From NCBI GenBank assembly GCA_964584335.1, contig CAZOZN010000001.1, positions 179,882 to 243,881 on the forward strand: a stretch of DNA of 64,000 nucleotides. Reading direction: 5' to 3'. The translations under genes and the position numbers were made by a program. The notes beneath the pieces were generated by a model. It worked only from the letters and a program-made list of their open reading frames with translations. It searched no databases and had not been told where the DNA came from. Positions within the stretch are counted from its first letter, which is position 1, and each line of letters starts with the position of its first letter. Below are positions 1 through 10,031 of this stretch, piece after piece. Source of the DNA: an uncultured archaeon. Lineage in GTDB: Archaea; Aenigmatarchaeota; Aenigmatarchaeia; PWEA01; JAGHBM01.

Positions 1-366
1 CCCCTACACCCCGAGGATGCAGAAAGAGGAAAAAGAAAGATACCTGTTTCAAAAAAGATATACGTGGAGAAAAAAGATTTTGAAAAGCTTAAGGGAAATG
101 AAGTGAGACTTTTGCATCTATGCAATATTGTTTTAAACAAAAATTCTAAGGTCACTTCCACAGAGCTGAAGGACATACCCAAGATACACTGGGTATCTGA
201 GGGAGTTCCTGTAAAGGTTGTTATGAATGATGCTTCAGAAAAAAACGGATTAGCGGAACCTGAATTCGCGAATGTGAAAAAAGATGAAGTTTTCCAGTTT
301 GAGAGGTTCGGTTTTTGCAGGCTTGATTCCAGAGAACCTTTAATCTGTTATTTTACCCACAAATAG
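1..366 (+). CDS. gltX: Glutamyl-tRNA synthetase, C-terminal part (gene starts before window)
   Basis: Frame 1 open from base 1 (PLHPED...RKI); archaeal GluRS anticodon-binding motifs IHWV, GLAEP, FQFERFGFCRLD, FTHK. Confidence 0.9.
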   Translation, partial: PLHPEDAERGKRKIPVSKKIYVEKKDFEKLKGNEVRLLHLCNIVLNKNSKVTSTELKDIPKIHWVSEGVPVKVVMNDASEKNGLAEPEFANVKKDEVFQFERFGFCRLDSREPLICYFTHK

Positions 367-396
367 CTTTATAAGCCCCAATATCCAATTCTATTT

Positions 397-1008
397 ATGA
401 TAGACTTTAACATATGGAAAGATGTTTTAATGGAACCCATTAAAACCTTCAAGCAACAAGAAAAGAAAGCGGACTTAACACAGGGACTGATTCACATAGC
501 GATTGCAGGAGTAATATCAGGATTTTTCACAGGAATTGCAGCCTTGATGGGAATGGGTGCTTTAGGAGCAATGGGAGGAGTTTCTGCCAGCTTAATGGGA
601 GCAGGCATAGGAGCAATGGCCTTCGTTATAAGTCTAATAGTAACTCCTATAATAACTGTGATAGGATTCATTGTAATTTCTGCCATAATCTATATTTTCG
701 CGATGATTTTTGGCGGTAAAGGAGACTATGTAAAACAGACTTATCTTATTGCGCTTTATGCCGCACCTTTAATTGTAATAAATTCCGTGGTAGGATTGAT
801 ACCTTTCTTGGGAGGTTTAATTGCCTTTTTAGTAAGCCTTTACGGACTTTATTTACTTACAATGGCTCTCAAACAGGCTCATAAAGTAAGTACGGGAAAA
901 GCTGTTGCTATATGGATAGTACCTATATTAGCAATGATAGTATTAGCAGTGATTCTTGGATTTGGGTTTTTCATGGCAATGTCTCCTATTATGGCAGCAG
1001 GTGCCTAA
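397..1008 (+). CDS. Yip1-family membrane protein
   Basis: WKDVLMEP-K-F start, five hydrophobic helices, FGGKG-Y--T and LYGLYL...HK-STGKA pattern; TATA (TTTATA) ~28 nt upstream suggests leaderless mRNA. Confidence 0.8.
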   Translation: MIDFNIWKDVLMEPIKTFKQQEKKADLTQGLIHIAIAGVISGFFTGIAALMGMGALGAMGGVSASLMGAGIGAMAFVISLIVTPIITVIGFIVISAIIYIFAMIFGGKGDYVKQTYLIALYAAPLIVINSVVGLIPFLGGLIAFLVSLYGLYLLTMALKQAHKVSTGKAVAIWIVPILAMIVLAVILGFGFFMAMSPIMAAGA

Positions 1009-1020
1009 ACCCCTCTTTTT

Positions 1021-2565
1021 TTATCTTTCAAAGAAGAAACCTTTTTCATAAGTATGTTTTTTTGAAGGCAATACATCTATTATCATTTCTTCAGACGCAC
1101 TTTCTCTTATTATTATTGGTTCAGAATGTCTCAAAAACTTCAGTGCACTGGAAAATCTTCTGTCATTGTTTGAATACATTGTAAATATTACTTCATTTTT
1201 CTTTACGGGATAACCCACCTTTTTGTTTAGAACAAGTCCTGCTCCTTTGTCTTTTGGAGCACCTAACTTTCTGGCAAGTTCTATTATCTGGTCATTTCTT
1301 ATCCAGAATACTCTTCCCTTTCTGGGTGATTTAACTTCGAATTTATCCTTACCTACCGGTATGTTTCCTGATTTTAGTTTTGGATTTCCTCCCTGTTCTT
1401 TTATTATCTGCCTGAACTTCTTTTCAGCTTTTCCTGATTTCAATATTTTTTCTGCGAGTGCTCTCGGTTTTCTCTTCCCAGCCATTTCAAATATTATTGA
1501 AGACAAGCCTATTGCCTTGTTTACAAGTGATACAGGGCCTCTTCCCCTCAAAGCTTTTAGTGCCTCTCTGGCTTCCAGAGCCGGTCCTATGGCATGGCCA
1601 ACCGGCTGTTCTCCATGAGTTATTGCTGACCTTACTTCTATTCCGAGTCTCTTGCCTAACTCTATGAAATCTTCAGCTATGTTTTTTGCTTCCATGAAAG
1701 TTTTTATCTTTGCACCCCTTCCTGTTGGTATGTCTATTACTACGTGTTTTGCTCCCACTGCCTTTTTCTTGCTCATAACAGATGATAGAAACAGAGGATC
1801 AATCTTTAAAGGATATTCAACCTTTACAAAAATATCGTCAGCGCGTGCCAAGTCAACGGCACCTCCCCATACCATACAACCGTTACATTTCTTTACTATC
1901 CTCTTTATGCCTTCTATATCAAATTCAACATTTGCTATTGTCTCGACAATATCTGCAGTACCTGCCGGAGAGCTTATCGCGCGGCTGGATGTTTTTGGTA
2001 TGGTCAGTCCCGCCGCGGCTACTATAGGAACTACAAGAAGCGTTTCCTTCTTTCCGGGTATTCCTCCTATAGAATGCTTATCATAAACCTTTTTACCGAA
2101 GTTGATTGTCTTTGAAGTGTTAACCATAGCCTTTGACAGGTATTCTGCTTCTTTTATAGTCATACCGTTTAGCTCAAGTCCTGTTATGAATGCCCCTATT
2201 TCAACATCTGTCAAGTCCCTTTCAATAGTATCCTTTACTATCTGCCTTATTTCGTTTCTGTTTAGCTCTTTTCCCTTAAGCTTTTCTTTTACATAGGCAA
2301 CACTTTTCGGTTCGAGCTGTACCTCTATTTTTACGTTATCTCCTGTTTCCACTTTAAGGCTTTCCGCAACGCACTTGTAAAGACCTATTTCACCATCTTC
2401 AACAATCCTGTTGCTGGCATTAATTATACAAGTAAGCCTTTGCTTGCCTTTTATAACGTCTATTCTGTCCAGGGTATGCAAATTTAACTCTTTGAGAGTT
2501 TTATCATTTAGAACGACTATATGCAGCTTTCCTGCATCAACATCAAGTTTTTTTGCTCTTAACAA
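1021..2565 (-). CDS. deoA: AMP phosphorylase (thymidine phosphorylase family)
   Basis: DKHSIGGIPG, PKTSSRAISSPAGTAD, CMVWGG, DIPTG-GAK, IGPALEA, GAPKDKGAG, plus the N-terminal AMPpase extension; TTG start after AGGTG. Confidence 0.93.
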   Translation of the reverse strand: MLRAKKLDVDAGKLHIVVLNDKTLKELNLHTLDRIDVIKGKQRLTCIINASNRIVEDGEIGLYKCVAESLKVETGDNVKIEVQLEPKSVAYVKEKLKGKELNRNEIRQIVKDTIERDLTDVEIGAFITGLELNGMTIKEAEYLSKAMVNTSKTINFGKKVYDKHSIGGIPGKKETLLVVPIVAAAGLTIPKTSSRAISSPAGTADIVETIANVEFDIEGIKRIVKKCNGCMVWGGAVDLARADDIFVKVEYPLKIDPLFLSSVMSKKKAVGAKHVVIDIPTGRGAKIKTFMEAKNIAEDFIELGKRLGIEVRSAITHGEQPVGHAIGPALEAREALKALRGRGPVSLVNKAIGLSSIIFEMAGKRKPRALAEKILKSGKAEKKFRQIIKEQGGNPKLKSGNIPVGKDKFEVKSPRKGRVFWIRNDQIIELARKLGAPKDKGAGLVLNKKVGYPVKKNEVIFTMYSNNDRRFSSALKFLRHSEPIIIRESASEEMIIDVLPSKKHTYEKGFFFER

Positions 2566-3059
2566 AACAACACCTTTATCTTTATATCTTGGATTGGCTT
2601 ATTAAAAAGATTTATCTTTTTGTCTATATTAATATTATATGGGGGGTTTTAATCGAAGATTCTAACCTAAAGTCTGCTTGCCTAGATAAAATATTCGGCG
2701 TATTTGAGAATTGGGACTTGAAGGATTTGGAAGACGCCTACAACGTCATGAACATGCCTCAGGTTGAATGGTGGAACAGAGTTCTTTATTGGACAGGACT
2801 TGAGCCAAAAGAATACAAGAATGAAAAAGGAAAAAAAGATTACCATTTCAAGTTTAAAGGCAGGAACGTTTACTGCAGTTTTTCAGATGATATTGCTAAT
2901 GGTGCCAAGGGCAGTGCGCCTAAACTCGACTTTTATGAAAGAATCGGCCCCGGCGACAATGAGGAGGATTACAAAAAGATTGACAAGGAAGGTGCTCCGA
3001 AGTTTGGATTCGATGCCGTATTAAGAAACCTAATAAAGGAGAAAAAAGATTCAAGCTAG
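2553..3059 (+). CDS. Hypothetical protein; true start probably near 2650 downstream of a GGGGGG RBS
   Basis: Open frame with protein-like composition from ~2650; start codon unclear; no recognised motif. Confidence 0.55.
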   Translation: MLLTKQHLYLYILDWLIKKIYLFVYINIIWGVLIEDSNLKSACLDKIFGVFENWDLKDLEDAYNVMNMPQVEWWNRVLYWTGLEPKEYKNEKGKKDYHFKFKGRNVYCSFSDDIANGAKGSAPKLDFYERIGPGDNEEDYKKIDKEGAPKFGFDAVLRNLIKEKKDSS

Positions 3060-4300
3060 CTCCATTTCTTCAAGGCCAGTTTAAGTTCTTTGTGTTCTTT
3101 TGAATATTCTTCAAGCGGTATATTTTTTAGTGAAGCTTCTAAAGATTGTCTCATTGCTATGGCTCCGGAACGCGTTCCGTTCGGATGACCGTGAATTCCT
3201 CCACCTGCCTGTATTATTATATTTTTGCCCATTATTTTTATCATTCTCGGAAGAAGTCCTGGATGCAAGCCGCCTGAACATACAGCAAAAACAGGCTTAA
3301 CCCCGAACCAATCTTCTTCTAGAGTATGCCTACCTTCTTTTATGAAGTCTTTTTCTATTTCCTGTTCTATGTGATATACTTCTTTTTTGCTTCCAACCAT
3401 TTTTCCTACCACAGTTCCTATATGTATCTGGTCCACGCCTATCAACCTTGCTATGTCCGCGACAACAAGCATAGAAATTCCATGATTTCCTTTTGTGAAA
3501 GCAGCATGTCCTGCTCTGTGAGCATGTATAACCAGACCAAGGTCTTCGTTTCTGACAGTCTGTAGGCCTGCCCACCCAACGGTAACTATATCAATCATTA
3601 TGTAACGCCCGCCGTTTTTCTTTACAAACTTTGCCCTCTTAAGCATCTCGTTTGTTTCCGCTGTTATGTTCGGCATGTAAACTTTGACTTCTCCTGTCTC
3701 TCTCTCAGCTTTTTTTCTCATTTTTATTGTTTCTTTTATCCTTTCCTGAAATCGATTAAAATTCTGGCTTGTCAGGTTTTCATCATCCTTAACTATGTCG
3801 CAGCCTCCCATCCATGCCTCATATGCAACTTTCGCATGCTGTTTGGGAGTAAGTCCTATCTTTGGCTTTACAATTGTTCCGACCAAAGGCCTGTCCTTGA
3901 CCTTAAGAATTTTTCTGACTCCTTCTATCCCGAACTTTGGCCCCCTGAAGCTTTTTGTCAGTCCTTCGGGCCAGTTTATGTCCACAAGTCTTAATTTTTT
4001 GAGAGCTTTCATGCCGAATATGTTGCCTCCTATAGAACTCATTATCTGCGGTATATTACCCTCCTCAAAAAGCTTTGATGGGTATGCAATCTTTACCCAG
4101 TTACCTTTGATTTCAAAAACCTTTGCCCCCATACCTTGGACGCGCTTGTTCATGGTCTTTATATCAGTCCATGTTCCTGTCGAGCTTTCTCCTGCAACCG
4201 CATCAGCTGCTTTGGAATAAGGAATGTGATTTGGTTCAATTCTGAACAAACATACCAAGTCATCCTTTGTAGGCTTGTAGCTCTTCTTAATATAACCCAT
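3056..4300 (-). CDS. rbcL: Form III ribulose-1,5-bisphosphate carboxylase
   Basis: ESSTGTW, KPKIG, GGCDIVKDDE (carbamylated Lys motif), HAHRAGH, HIGT-VGK (loop 6), SGGLHP, GGGIHGHP. Confidence 0.96.
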   Translation of the reverse strand: MGYIKKSYKPTKDDLVCLFRIEPNHIPYSKAADAVAGESSTGTWTDIKTMNKRVQGMGAKVFEIKGNWVKIAYPSKLFEEGNIPQIMSSIGGNIFGMKALKKLRLVDINWPEGLTKSFRGPKFGIEGVRKILKVKDRPLVGTIVKPKIGLTPKQHAKVAYEAWMGGCDIVKDDENLTSQNFNRFQERIKETIKMRKKAERETGEVKVYMPNITAETNEMLKRAKFVKKNGGRYIMIDIVTVGWAGLQTVRNEDLGLVIHAHRAGHAAFTKGNHGISMLVVADIARLIGVDQIHIGTVVGKMVGSKKEVYHIEQEIEKDFIKEGRHTLEEDWFGVKPVFAVCSGGLHPGLLPRMIKIMGKNIIIQAGGGIHGHPNGTRSGAIAMRQSLEASLKNIPLEEYSKEHKELKLALKKWS

Positions 4301-4304
4301 AAAA

Positions 4305-5390
4305 TCATTTCTCTAAAAAGATTGTCTGTGTCGGGAATGCCATCTCTATCTTTTCTTTCTCGAATTTTTCCTTTATCTTGAGATTTATTTCCTGCTGTAT
4401 ACCCCTGTAAACAGCGTAATCCTTACTGTTAACATAATATACCGCGCTGAACTTGAGTGCCGAGTCACCGAACTCCGTGAAGTGAACCCTGTCAACATCG
4501 GCCTTATCCACGCTGTTTATTATTTTCTTTACCATGTCCGGTATCTTCTTGAGCTTCTTTGTTTTTGTTCCGTAAACAACACCGAACTCGAATGATATTC
4601 TTCTCTTCTTGAGCTTCTTGTAGTTGTGTACGCGTGTACTTACAAGCTCCTTGTTTGATACCACAAGTTCTTCTCCCTCTAACGTAGTTATTCTTGTTGA
4701 CTGTATTCCTATTTTCTTTACTGTCCCCGCATCACTTCCTATAACTATAAAGTCTCCTGTCTGGAAAGGCTTGTCGAAGTATATTGAAAACGAGGCAAAT
4801 ATATCCGATAATATATTCTGCAGTGCGAAAGCAACAGCTATACCACCTACACCCAACCCGGCAACAAGACTTGTTACGTCAAAGCCAAAGTTAGAAAGTA
4901 TCAAAACAACCGCTATTGCTGCAAGTATAATCTTTACAAAAGTGTTCATCAGCTTTATCGCAGAGGTGTCTATCTTCTTCTTCTCTCTTTTTTCTTCGCG
5001 CTCTATGAATTTTCTCGTTCCGTAATCAACAAACGTTGAGAGGAACTTAACTCCGTAGTAAGTTCCCACAAGAATCATAAAGTAGTAAGCATATTGGTCG
5101 ATGTTTGCGGGCAAAGTCAGATACTTTAATGCAATGTATGCTGAAACAATCGCATAAAAAGGCTTTACGAAAACTCTCTCCACGGCCTCCACAATCATAT
5201 CGTCTACGTCATTCTTGGTCTTCTTTGCCAGCTTTTTGAAATATTTTATTATTATAGTCTTTACTATCCTAAGAACCACAAGCGCCACTGCGAATATTGC
5301 TATGGCCAATATGTAATCAAAAGCAGCATTATTCCAAATTATCGTGTTCATGTACGGTAAACTAGAAGTCATACCCAATTCGGCATTCAT
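4305..5390 (-). CDS. mscS: Small-conductance mechanosensitive channel (MscS family)
   Basis: LVAGLGVGGIAVAFALQNILSD, DKPF--GDFI, G-V--IG--ST, F-EFGDSAL-F. Confidence 0.93.
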   Translation of the reverse strand: MNAELGMTSSLPYMNTIIWNNAAFDYILAIAIFAVALVVLRIVKTIIIKYFKKLAKKTKNDVDDMIVEAVERVFVKPFYAIVSAYIALKYLTLPANIDQYAYYFMILVGTYYGVKFLSTFVDYGTRKFIEREEKREKKKIDTSAIKLMNTFVKIILAAIAVVLILSNFGFDVTSLVAGLGVGGIAVAFALQNILSDIFASFSIYFDKPFQTGDFIVIGSDAGTVKKIGIQSTRITTLEGEELVVSNKELVSTRVHNYKKLKKRRISFEFGVVYGTKTKKLKKIPDMVKKIINSVDKADVDRVHFTEFGDSALKFSAVYYVNSKDYAVYRGIQQEINLKIKEKFEKEKIEMAFPTQTIFLEK

Positions 5391-5450
5391 AGTTATAACA
5401 TTAAGTTCTTTATTTATATAATTTTTGAAAATAATAAAACAGGTGTTTTT

Positions 5451-5894
5451 TTGTTCGGGTTCGGAAAGGGAAAAATAAAGATAGAACTTGAAAAATTCAA
5501 TTATTCTCCCGGAGAGACCGTAAAAGGAAAGTTGATATTGAATTTAAAGAAACCGATAGAGGCCAGGGGGTTATACGTGGAATTTATAGGCGAGCAGAGA
5601 ACATCGCAAAACATAGGAGTTAAGAGATCTTCTCAGACAAGAAGAGTTTATGATTTCAAGCAGACTCTTGACGGAGAAAAGGAGTATCCTGCCGGTCAAG
5701 AACTTGTATATCCATTTGAAATAAAGATACCCGAAAACACGAAGCACGAGCTAAACGAGAAAGTTGAAAAGGCTCTAGCTATAGCAAAGACAATAGGTTT
5801 GATGAGCAATTATACATCCTGGTTTATTATAGGAAAGCTCGACGTGCCTCTTTCCATTGACATATCAAAGAAAATACAGATAACAGTATGCTGA
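5451..5894 (+). CDS. Arrestin-like/SpoOM-type beta-sandwich protein
   Basis: Y-PGETVKGK, KPIEARGL-VEF-GE, YPFEIKIP, W-I-GKLDVP pattern. Confidence 0.65.
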   Translation: MFGFGKGKIKIELEKFNYSPGETVKGKLILNLKKPIEARGLYVEFIGEQRTSQNIGVKRSSQTRRVYDFKQTLDGEKEYPAGQELVYPFEIKIPENTKHELNEKVEKALAIAKTIGLMSNYTSWFIIGKLDVPLSIDISKKIQITVC

Positions 5895-5930
5895 ACTAAA
5901 TGTTTTAAAAGGCAAATAGTAATATTATAC

Positions 5931-6887
5931 ATGCTATCCCTAACGATTTGGGCACTTATTTTTGTAGCAAGCATGGCTGTTCTTGTAAAGGCCTCTGACT
6001 GGTTCACGGATTCGGCCGAGGAGATAGGTGTTTTCTTTGGTCTGCCTGTTTTTGTGATAGGGATAACAATAGTCGCGCTAGGAACTTCACTACCGGAACT
6101 CGTTTCATCGGTATTTGCTGTTTTAAACAATTCTTCTGAAATAGTTGTTGGAAACGTTCTCGGCTCTAACATAGCTAACATATTTTTAGTCCTTGGCGTG
6201 ACGGCAATAGTAGGAAAGAAGCTTAAAATAACTTACGAGCTTATCCACGTGGACTTGCCTTTTCTTGTAGGTTCCTCGTTTTTGCTGGGTATGTGCATAT
6301 TTGATATGGTTTTCACCTTTTCCGAGGCCCTTTTATGTATAGTCGGATTTTTTGTTTACTCTATTTACACGATTACGTCAGAAGAGGAACACAAGGACAA
6401 GGAGATAATAAAGGAGATTAAAATAAAGAAAAAGAAAAAAATCGGGATTAAGCCTTTTATAGTTCTCTTCTTTAGCGCAATTTTTATCTACCTCGGAGCT
6501 AAATACACAATAGAATCTGTAATAAATCTCTCTGAAATGTTAAACATAGGCAAAGAGATAATAGCCCTAAGCGCAATAGCACTGGGCACTTCATTGCCGG
6601 AGCTCGCTGTAAGCATTAACGCTGCAAGAAAAAACAAGCCTGAGATAGCTGTAGGCAACGTTCTCGGCTCAAACATATTTAATGTTCTGTTTGTTATGGG
6701 TGTTCCCGCTATGATAGGAAATCTTGTAATACCCAGAGGCGTAGTATCCTTTAGCCTTCCAATTATGCTAATAGCAACATTGCTTTATTTCTTTATGACC
6801 CAGGATAACGAGCTCACAAAATGGGAAGGGTTCCTTCTTTTGCTTTTCTATGTATTCTTTATAGGGTCACTTTTCAGCCTTTTTTAA
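5931..6887 (+). CDS. Ca2+/Na+ antiporter (CaCA, YrbG family)
   Basis: Two alpha repeats ALGTSLPEL...GNVLGSNI; ~10 TM helices. Confidence 0.93.
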   Translation: MLSLTIWALIFVASMAVLVKASDWFTDSAEEIGVFFGLPVFVIGITIVALGTSLPELVSSVFAVLNNSSEIVVGNVLGSNIANIFLVLGVTAIVGKKLKITYELIHVDLPFLVGSSFLLGMCIFDMVFTFSEALLCIVGFFVYSIYTITSEEEHKDKEIIKEIKIKKKKKIGIKPFIVLFFSAIFIYLGAKYTIESVINLSEMLNIGKEIIALSAIALGTSLPELAVSINAARKNKPEIAVGNVLGSNIFNVLFVMGVPAMIGNLVIPRGVVSFSLPIMLIATLLYFFMTQDNELTKWEGFLLLLFYVFFIGSLFSLF

Positions 6888-7373
6888 TTTCCAGATATTG
6901 TAAGCCCCAATAAGAACCATAAAAATACCCACCAGTATCAGGAAAATCAATAGCCAGTCTGTTCCTCCCGAAGCGGGCAAGCTTCTAGCGGCTTCTTCCG
7001 TCCCCAAAATCATTGACTCTGTTTTTTGTGTTGCTAGCAATTTTGGGGCGCCTGTAAATGATTTAAATCCGCCAAAGAAAATCATTAGAAAACCAAGGCT
7101 CAATATTATTATGAACTGCATAGGCGACCTGGGCTTTACCAGGCTCTTGCCTTTTTCCGTTATCTCAAAGTAAATCCACTTGTGACCGGTTTCCTTTCTC
7201 TTCACCAGGCCTTCCTCTTCCAGAATCTTAAGATGACCGTTGACAGTTGAAGGAGCCAGGTCCAGCATCTTGGCCAAATCTGCCGCTATTTTTCTTCTTT
7301 GAGAAAGAATTCTTAGAATCTCCAGCCTTGTATCGGAGGCCAATGCCTTTATCGTGCTCTTGGTAATTTCCAT
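6867..7373 (-). CDS. ArsR-type winged-helix regulator with two C-terminal TM helices
   Basis: KALASDTRLEIL...STVNGHLKIL...GLV...W-YFEITEKG followed by two hydrophobic segments. Confidence 0.8.
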   Translation of the reverse strand: MEITKSTIKALASDTRLEILRILSQRRKIAADLAKMLDLAPSTVNGHLKILEEEGLVKRKETGHKWIYFEITEKGKSLVKPRSPMQFIIILSLGFLMIFFGGFKSFTGAPKLLATQKTESMILGTEEAARSLPASGGTDWLLIFLILVGIFMVLIGAYNIWKLKKAEK

Positions 7374-7479
7374 AAAGAGAGTTATGCAGGCAAGTTAATA
7401 AAATTTCTTATTAGGCAAAAACCGAACAATACCGTCAGTATTATATAAAAAAATATCTATAGAGTAACCAGGTGAAAAA

Positions 7480-8082
7480 ATGAAAAAAGGCAAAAAATAT
7501 TTTATCGCGATTATGATAGCTGCCACAGTTTTGGTTGCAGGATGCGTGAGCCAGGGAAACGGAAAAAATCCTGTTGATTACTGTGCTGAAAACGACGGCA
7601 AGATAGTAGAGGGACCTTCAGCAACCGGAAAGATACAGTACTGTCTTTTCGACGAATCATACTGCAGAGTTGAGGAATTCCAGAGCGGAGAATGCCAGAA
7701 AGGAGAAAACTTCTACGAGTGCAGAGCAATGGATACAGAATCCGAGGGTTACTATGACAAGGAAAAAGGAACTCTCATAGCCTGGTACGATTGCGGAGAA
7801 CCAGTTCAACTACCGAATCCGGCTGCCTCTTACTGCGAGAATCAGGGCGGAGAATACGACATAAGAGAAGACCCCAGACCGGAAGGCGGACAATACGGAG
7901 TTTGTATACTGGAGAACGGAACTGTCTGTGACGAATGGGAATATTACCAGGGAGGATGTGAATCCTGCTTGACGTATTGCCAGAAACAGCTACACATAAT
8001 GTGCACAGGAGAATGGAACATAACGGGCGAATATCCGGACTGCAACTGCGAGTGGATATGCGACGAATCAGGACCTGTTTAA
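7480..8082 (+). CDS. Lipoprotein with DUF333 (putative hemolysin) Cys-rich repeats
   Basis: Lipobox LVAGC; LPNPAASYCENQGG...GVCILENG--CDEWEYY-G-C; RBS AGGTGA. Confidence 0.8.
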   Translation: MKKGKKYFIAIMIAATVLVAGCVSQGNGKNPVDYCAENDGKIVEGPSATGKIQYCLFDESYCRVEEFQSGECQKGENFYECRAMDTESEGYYDKEKGTLIAWYDCGEPVQLPNPAASYCENQGGEYDIREDPRPEGGQYGVCILENGTVCDEWEYYQGGCESCLTYCQKQLHIMCTGEWNITGEYPDCNCEWICDESGPV

Positions 8083-8107
8083 ATTTTTATTTTTGATTCG
8101 GCGGGAG

Positions 8108-9040
8108 TCAATCAACTTTGAAGCTTCCGTCGAGCAACATTCTTATTTCTCTCTGCCTCAAAACTCCGGACTCAGTTATTATCCCGGTTATTAGTTTCCA
8201 CGGTGTCAGGTCAAATGCCGGGTTTTCTATTTCCCCGCCGCTTGCCTCAAGCTCATCGGGGTTTGCTATTTCCCTGTCGGGCCTGTCTTCTATTTCCGAT
8301 ACGTTATCGTAGTCCAGCTTGTCCTTTGATGCGGCAACGAAGAAAGGTATCCCCGCTTCCATGGCAGCGAGAGCGAGTGGATAGGTTCCTATCTTGTTTA
8401 GCACTCCATCCGCCCTTATGGCATCAGCGCCCACTATTACAATATTACAACTCGATACAAGATACGGCCCGGCGGAATCCACTATATAATATATAGGTAC
8501 TCCGTTCTCTACCAGTTCCTTTGCAGTCTTGTATCCCTGATTCTTCGGTCTTGTCTCGGATACAACGACCTTGAAAACACGGTGGTCTTTTTTCGCCTTT
8601 TTTAGTATGTTAAGTACGGAAGAAGAATGACAGTGAGTCATAACAATATAATCGTTTTTCAAAAGTTTTGAGCCGTTGTATGATAACCATTCCTGCGCCT
8701 TTGAAAGATACTTCAGCACAGAGTCAATACTCTTCAAAGTCCTTTTTTCTTTTATGGGTTTGAGGCAGTTGTAAAGGGAAATTCCGGTAGGCCTTGACCA
8801 TACAAGTTTTTCAGCCGATAATGCGAACTCTACTCCGAATTTTTTTTCCTTGGCCACTTCTTTTAGAACCTTTAAGCTTTCAACTGCGATTTCCTGCGCT
8901 CCCTGTATTTCCATTTTCTTTATTTTTCTTGCAGTCGTGTTAACTTTGGTTTTTATTTTTTTCCAGTCTCCGTTTTTATTCTTTTTAATTTTTTTTGAAG
9001 TTTTTTTCTTTGATTTTTTCTTTGTCTTTTTTGCGGCCAA
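8108..9040 (-). CDS. Ribose-1,5-bisphosphate isomerase (eIF-2B-like family) with Lys-rich N-terminal extension
   Basis: MEIQGA, RPT, THCHS (catalytic Cys position), ETRP--QG, VGADAI, NKIGTY, NPAFDLTP, ITESG; neighbours AMPpase and RuBisCO; TTG start after GGTGA. Confidence 0.82.
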   Translation of the reverse strand: MAAKKTKKKSKKKTSKKIKKNKNGDWKKIKTKVNTTARKIKKMEIQGAQEIAVESLKVLKEVAKEKKFGVEFALSAEKLVWSRPTGISLYNCLKPIKEKRTLKSIDSVLKYLSKAQEWLSYNGSKLLKNDYIVMTHCHSSSVLNILKKAKKDHRVFKVVVSETRPKNQGYKTAKELVENGVPIYYIVDSAGPYLVSSCNIVIVGADAIRADGVLNKIGTYPLALAAMEAGIPFFVAASKDKLDYDNVSEIEDRPDREIANPDELEASGGEIENPAFDLTPWKLITGIITESGVLRQREIRMLLDGSFKVD

Positions 9041-9100
9041 ACAACTCACCTGTATAATATAGTAACAATGAGAATAAAAGATTATTTTTTTGTAAATGAT

Positions 9101-9165
9101 AAGCTTAAATCCTTTTGCATGTCAAGCTTAAATTCTTTTCTACAGCTGGGTTTAAATCCTTAAGA
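9101..9165 (+). promoter_or_regulatory. Three tandem TTAAAT-core repeats (candidate stacked promoters or operator array)
   Basis: AAGCTTAAATCCTTTT (9101), AAGCTTAAATTCTTTT (9124), GGGTTTAAATCCTTAA (9148); 23-24 bp period. Confidence 0.55.
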
Positions 9166-9196
9166 AAATAACTAGATTAACTACGGGGGTGTAACA

Positions 9197-9340
9197 GTGA
9201 ACGAATGCAGAAAAAATTTACACTCGTTTAATTTTCATGGTTATAATCAGAACACTTTATGTCTCTCTATAGTGAATAGAGTGTTTTGTGATTATGCGGC
9301 CGACAGGCCTAAAATAGTGAGCCCGGACGCGGGTGAATAA
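9197..9340 (+). CDS. Possible 47-aa upstream ORF within a structured leader
   Basis: GGGGGTG RBS then GTG; open to TAA at 9340, which abuts the GGAGG RBS of the next gene; overlaps a long inverted repeat. Confidence 0.35.
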   Translation: MNECRKNLHSFNFHGYNQNTLCLSIVNRVFCDYAADRPKIVSPDAGE

Positions 9341-9352
9341 GGAGGCAAAAAT

Positions 9353-10021
9353 ATGAAAAAGATTTTAGCCGCAATAATTGCTCTTGCTCTAATTGGAGCA
9401 CCTGCTCTTGCAAGCACACATATATGGACAGAAGTACATAACACTGGTGGTTATACCAAGTTTGCAGAGAATGCTCAGGTTGGAGGAGAGGACTGGTCTG
9501 AAGGAGCAGAAACAACTGATCCAGATGATTGGAACACGCCAAGTAAGAGATATACAGCAAACATTAACCAGGGATTTGAGAACAAAGGTTCTGTTTATAT
9601 GATTAAAGGTGTACATACCCCTACTGCTTGGGAACTTGAAGAAAAAACAGAATTAGTAGGTTCTGGAAAGACAGAAATATGGAAAGAAGTAACAGCATGG
9701 ACAGAAGACAAAAAAGTAGACCCCGAAACCGGAAAACTTGTATATCCAACAAAGGCTTGGGTTGAAGTTGACTTCAGCACACCAAAACCATTCCACGACG
9801 CAGAGAGCTGGTTTGTAAACATGAACATGCCAAGTGCTCATGACGACGATGCGGAACACGGAATTCCTGACGAAGAAGAACAGACAGCATACTACGGTAA
9901 AGCAATAGTAACAGACGAAGATTTTAACTTCTTAGAAAAAGTCGGAATAAACAACTTCCCATGCAACTACCAGATACCGGAATGGCCAGAATATCCTGAA
10001 TTCCACTGGATTGGAAGATAA
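9353..10021 (+). CDS. Secreted acidic protein of unknown function
   Basis: Classical signal peptide MKKILAAIIALALIGAPALA; strong AAGGAGG RBS; followed by terminator. Confidence 0.8.
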   Translation: MKKILAAIIALALIGAPALASTHIWTEVHNTGGYTKFAENAQVGGEDWSEGAETTDPDDWNTPSKRYTANINQGFENKGSVYMIKGVHTPTAWELEEKTELVGSGKTEIWKEVTAWTEDKKVDPETGKLVYPTKAWVEVDFSTPKPFHDAESWFVNMNMPSAHDDDAEHGIPDEEEQTAYYGKAIVTDEDFNFLEKVGINNFPCNYQIPEWPEYPEFHWIGR

Positions 10022-10031
10022 AGTTAATTTA

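Noticed and set aside
3056-4300. Calvin-cycle autotrophy
   Set aside because: No phosphoribulokinase or small subunit in the window; the context indicates nucleoside salvage.
9101-9165. Mini-CRISPR array
   Set aside because: Units are ~16 bp with 7-8 bp gaps, far too short for spacers; better explained as promoter-like repeats.
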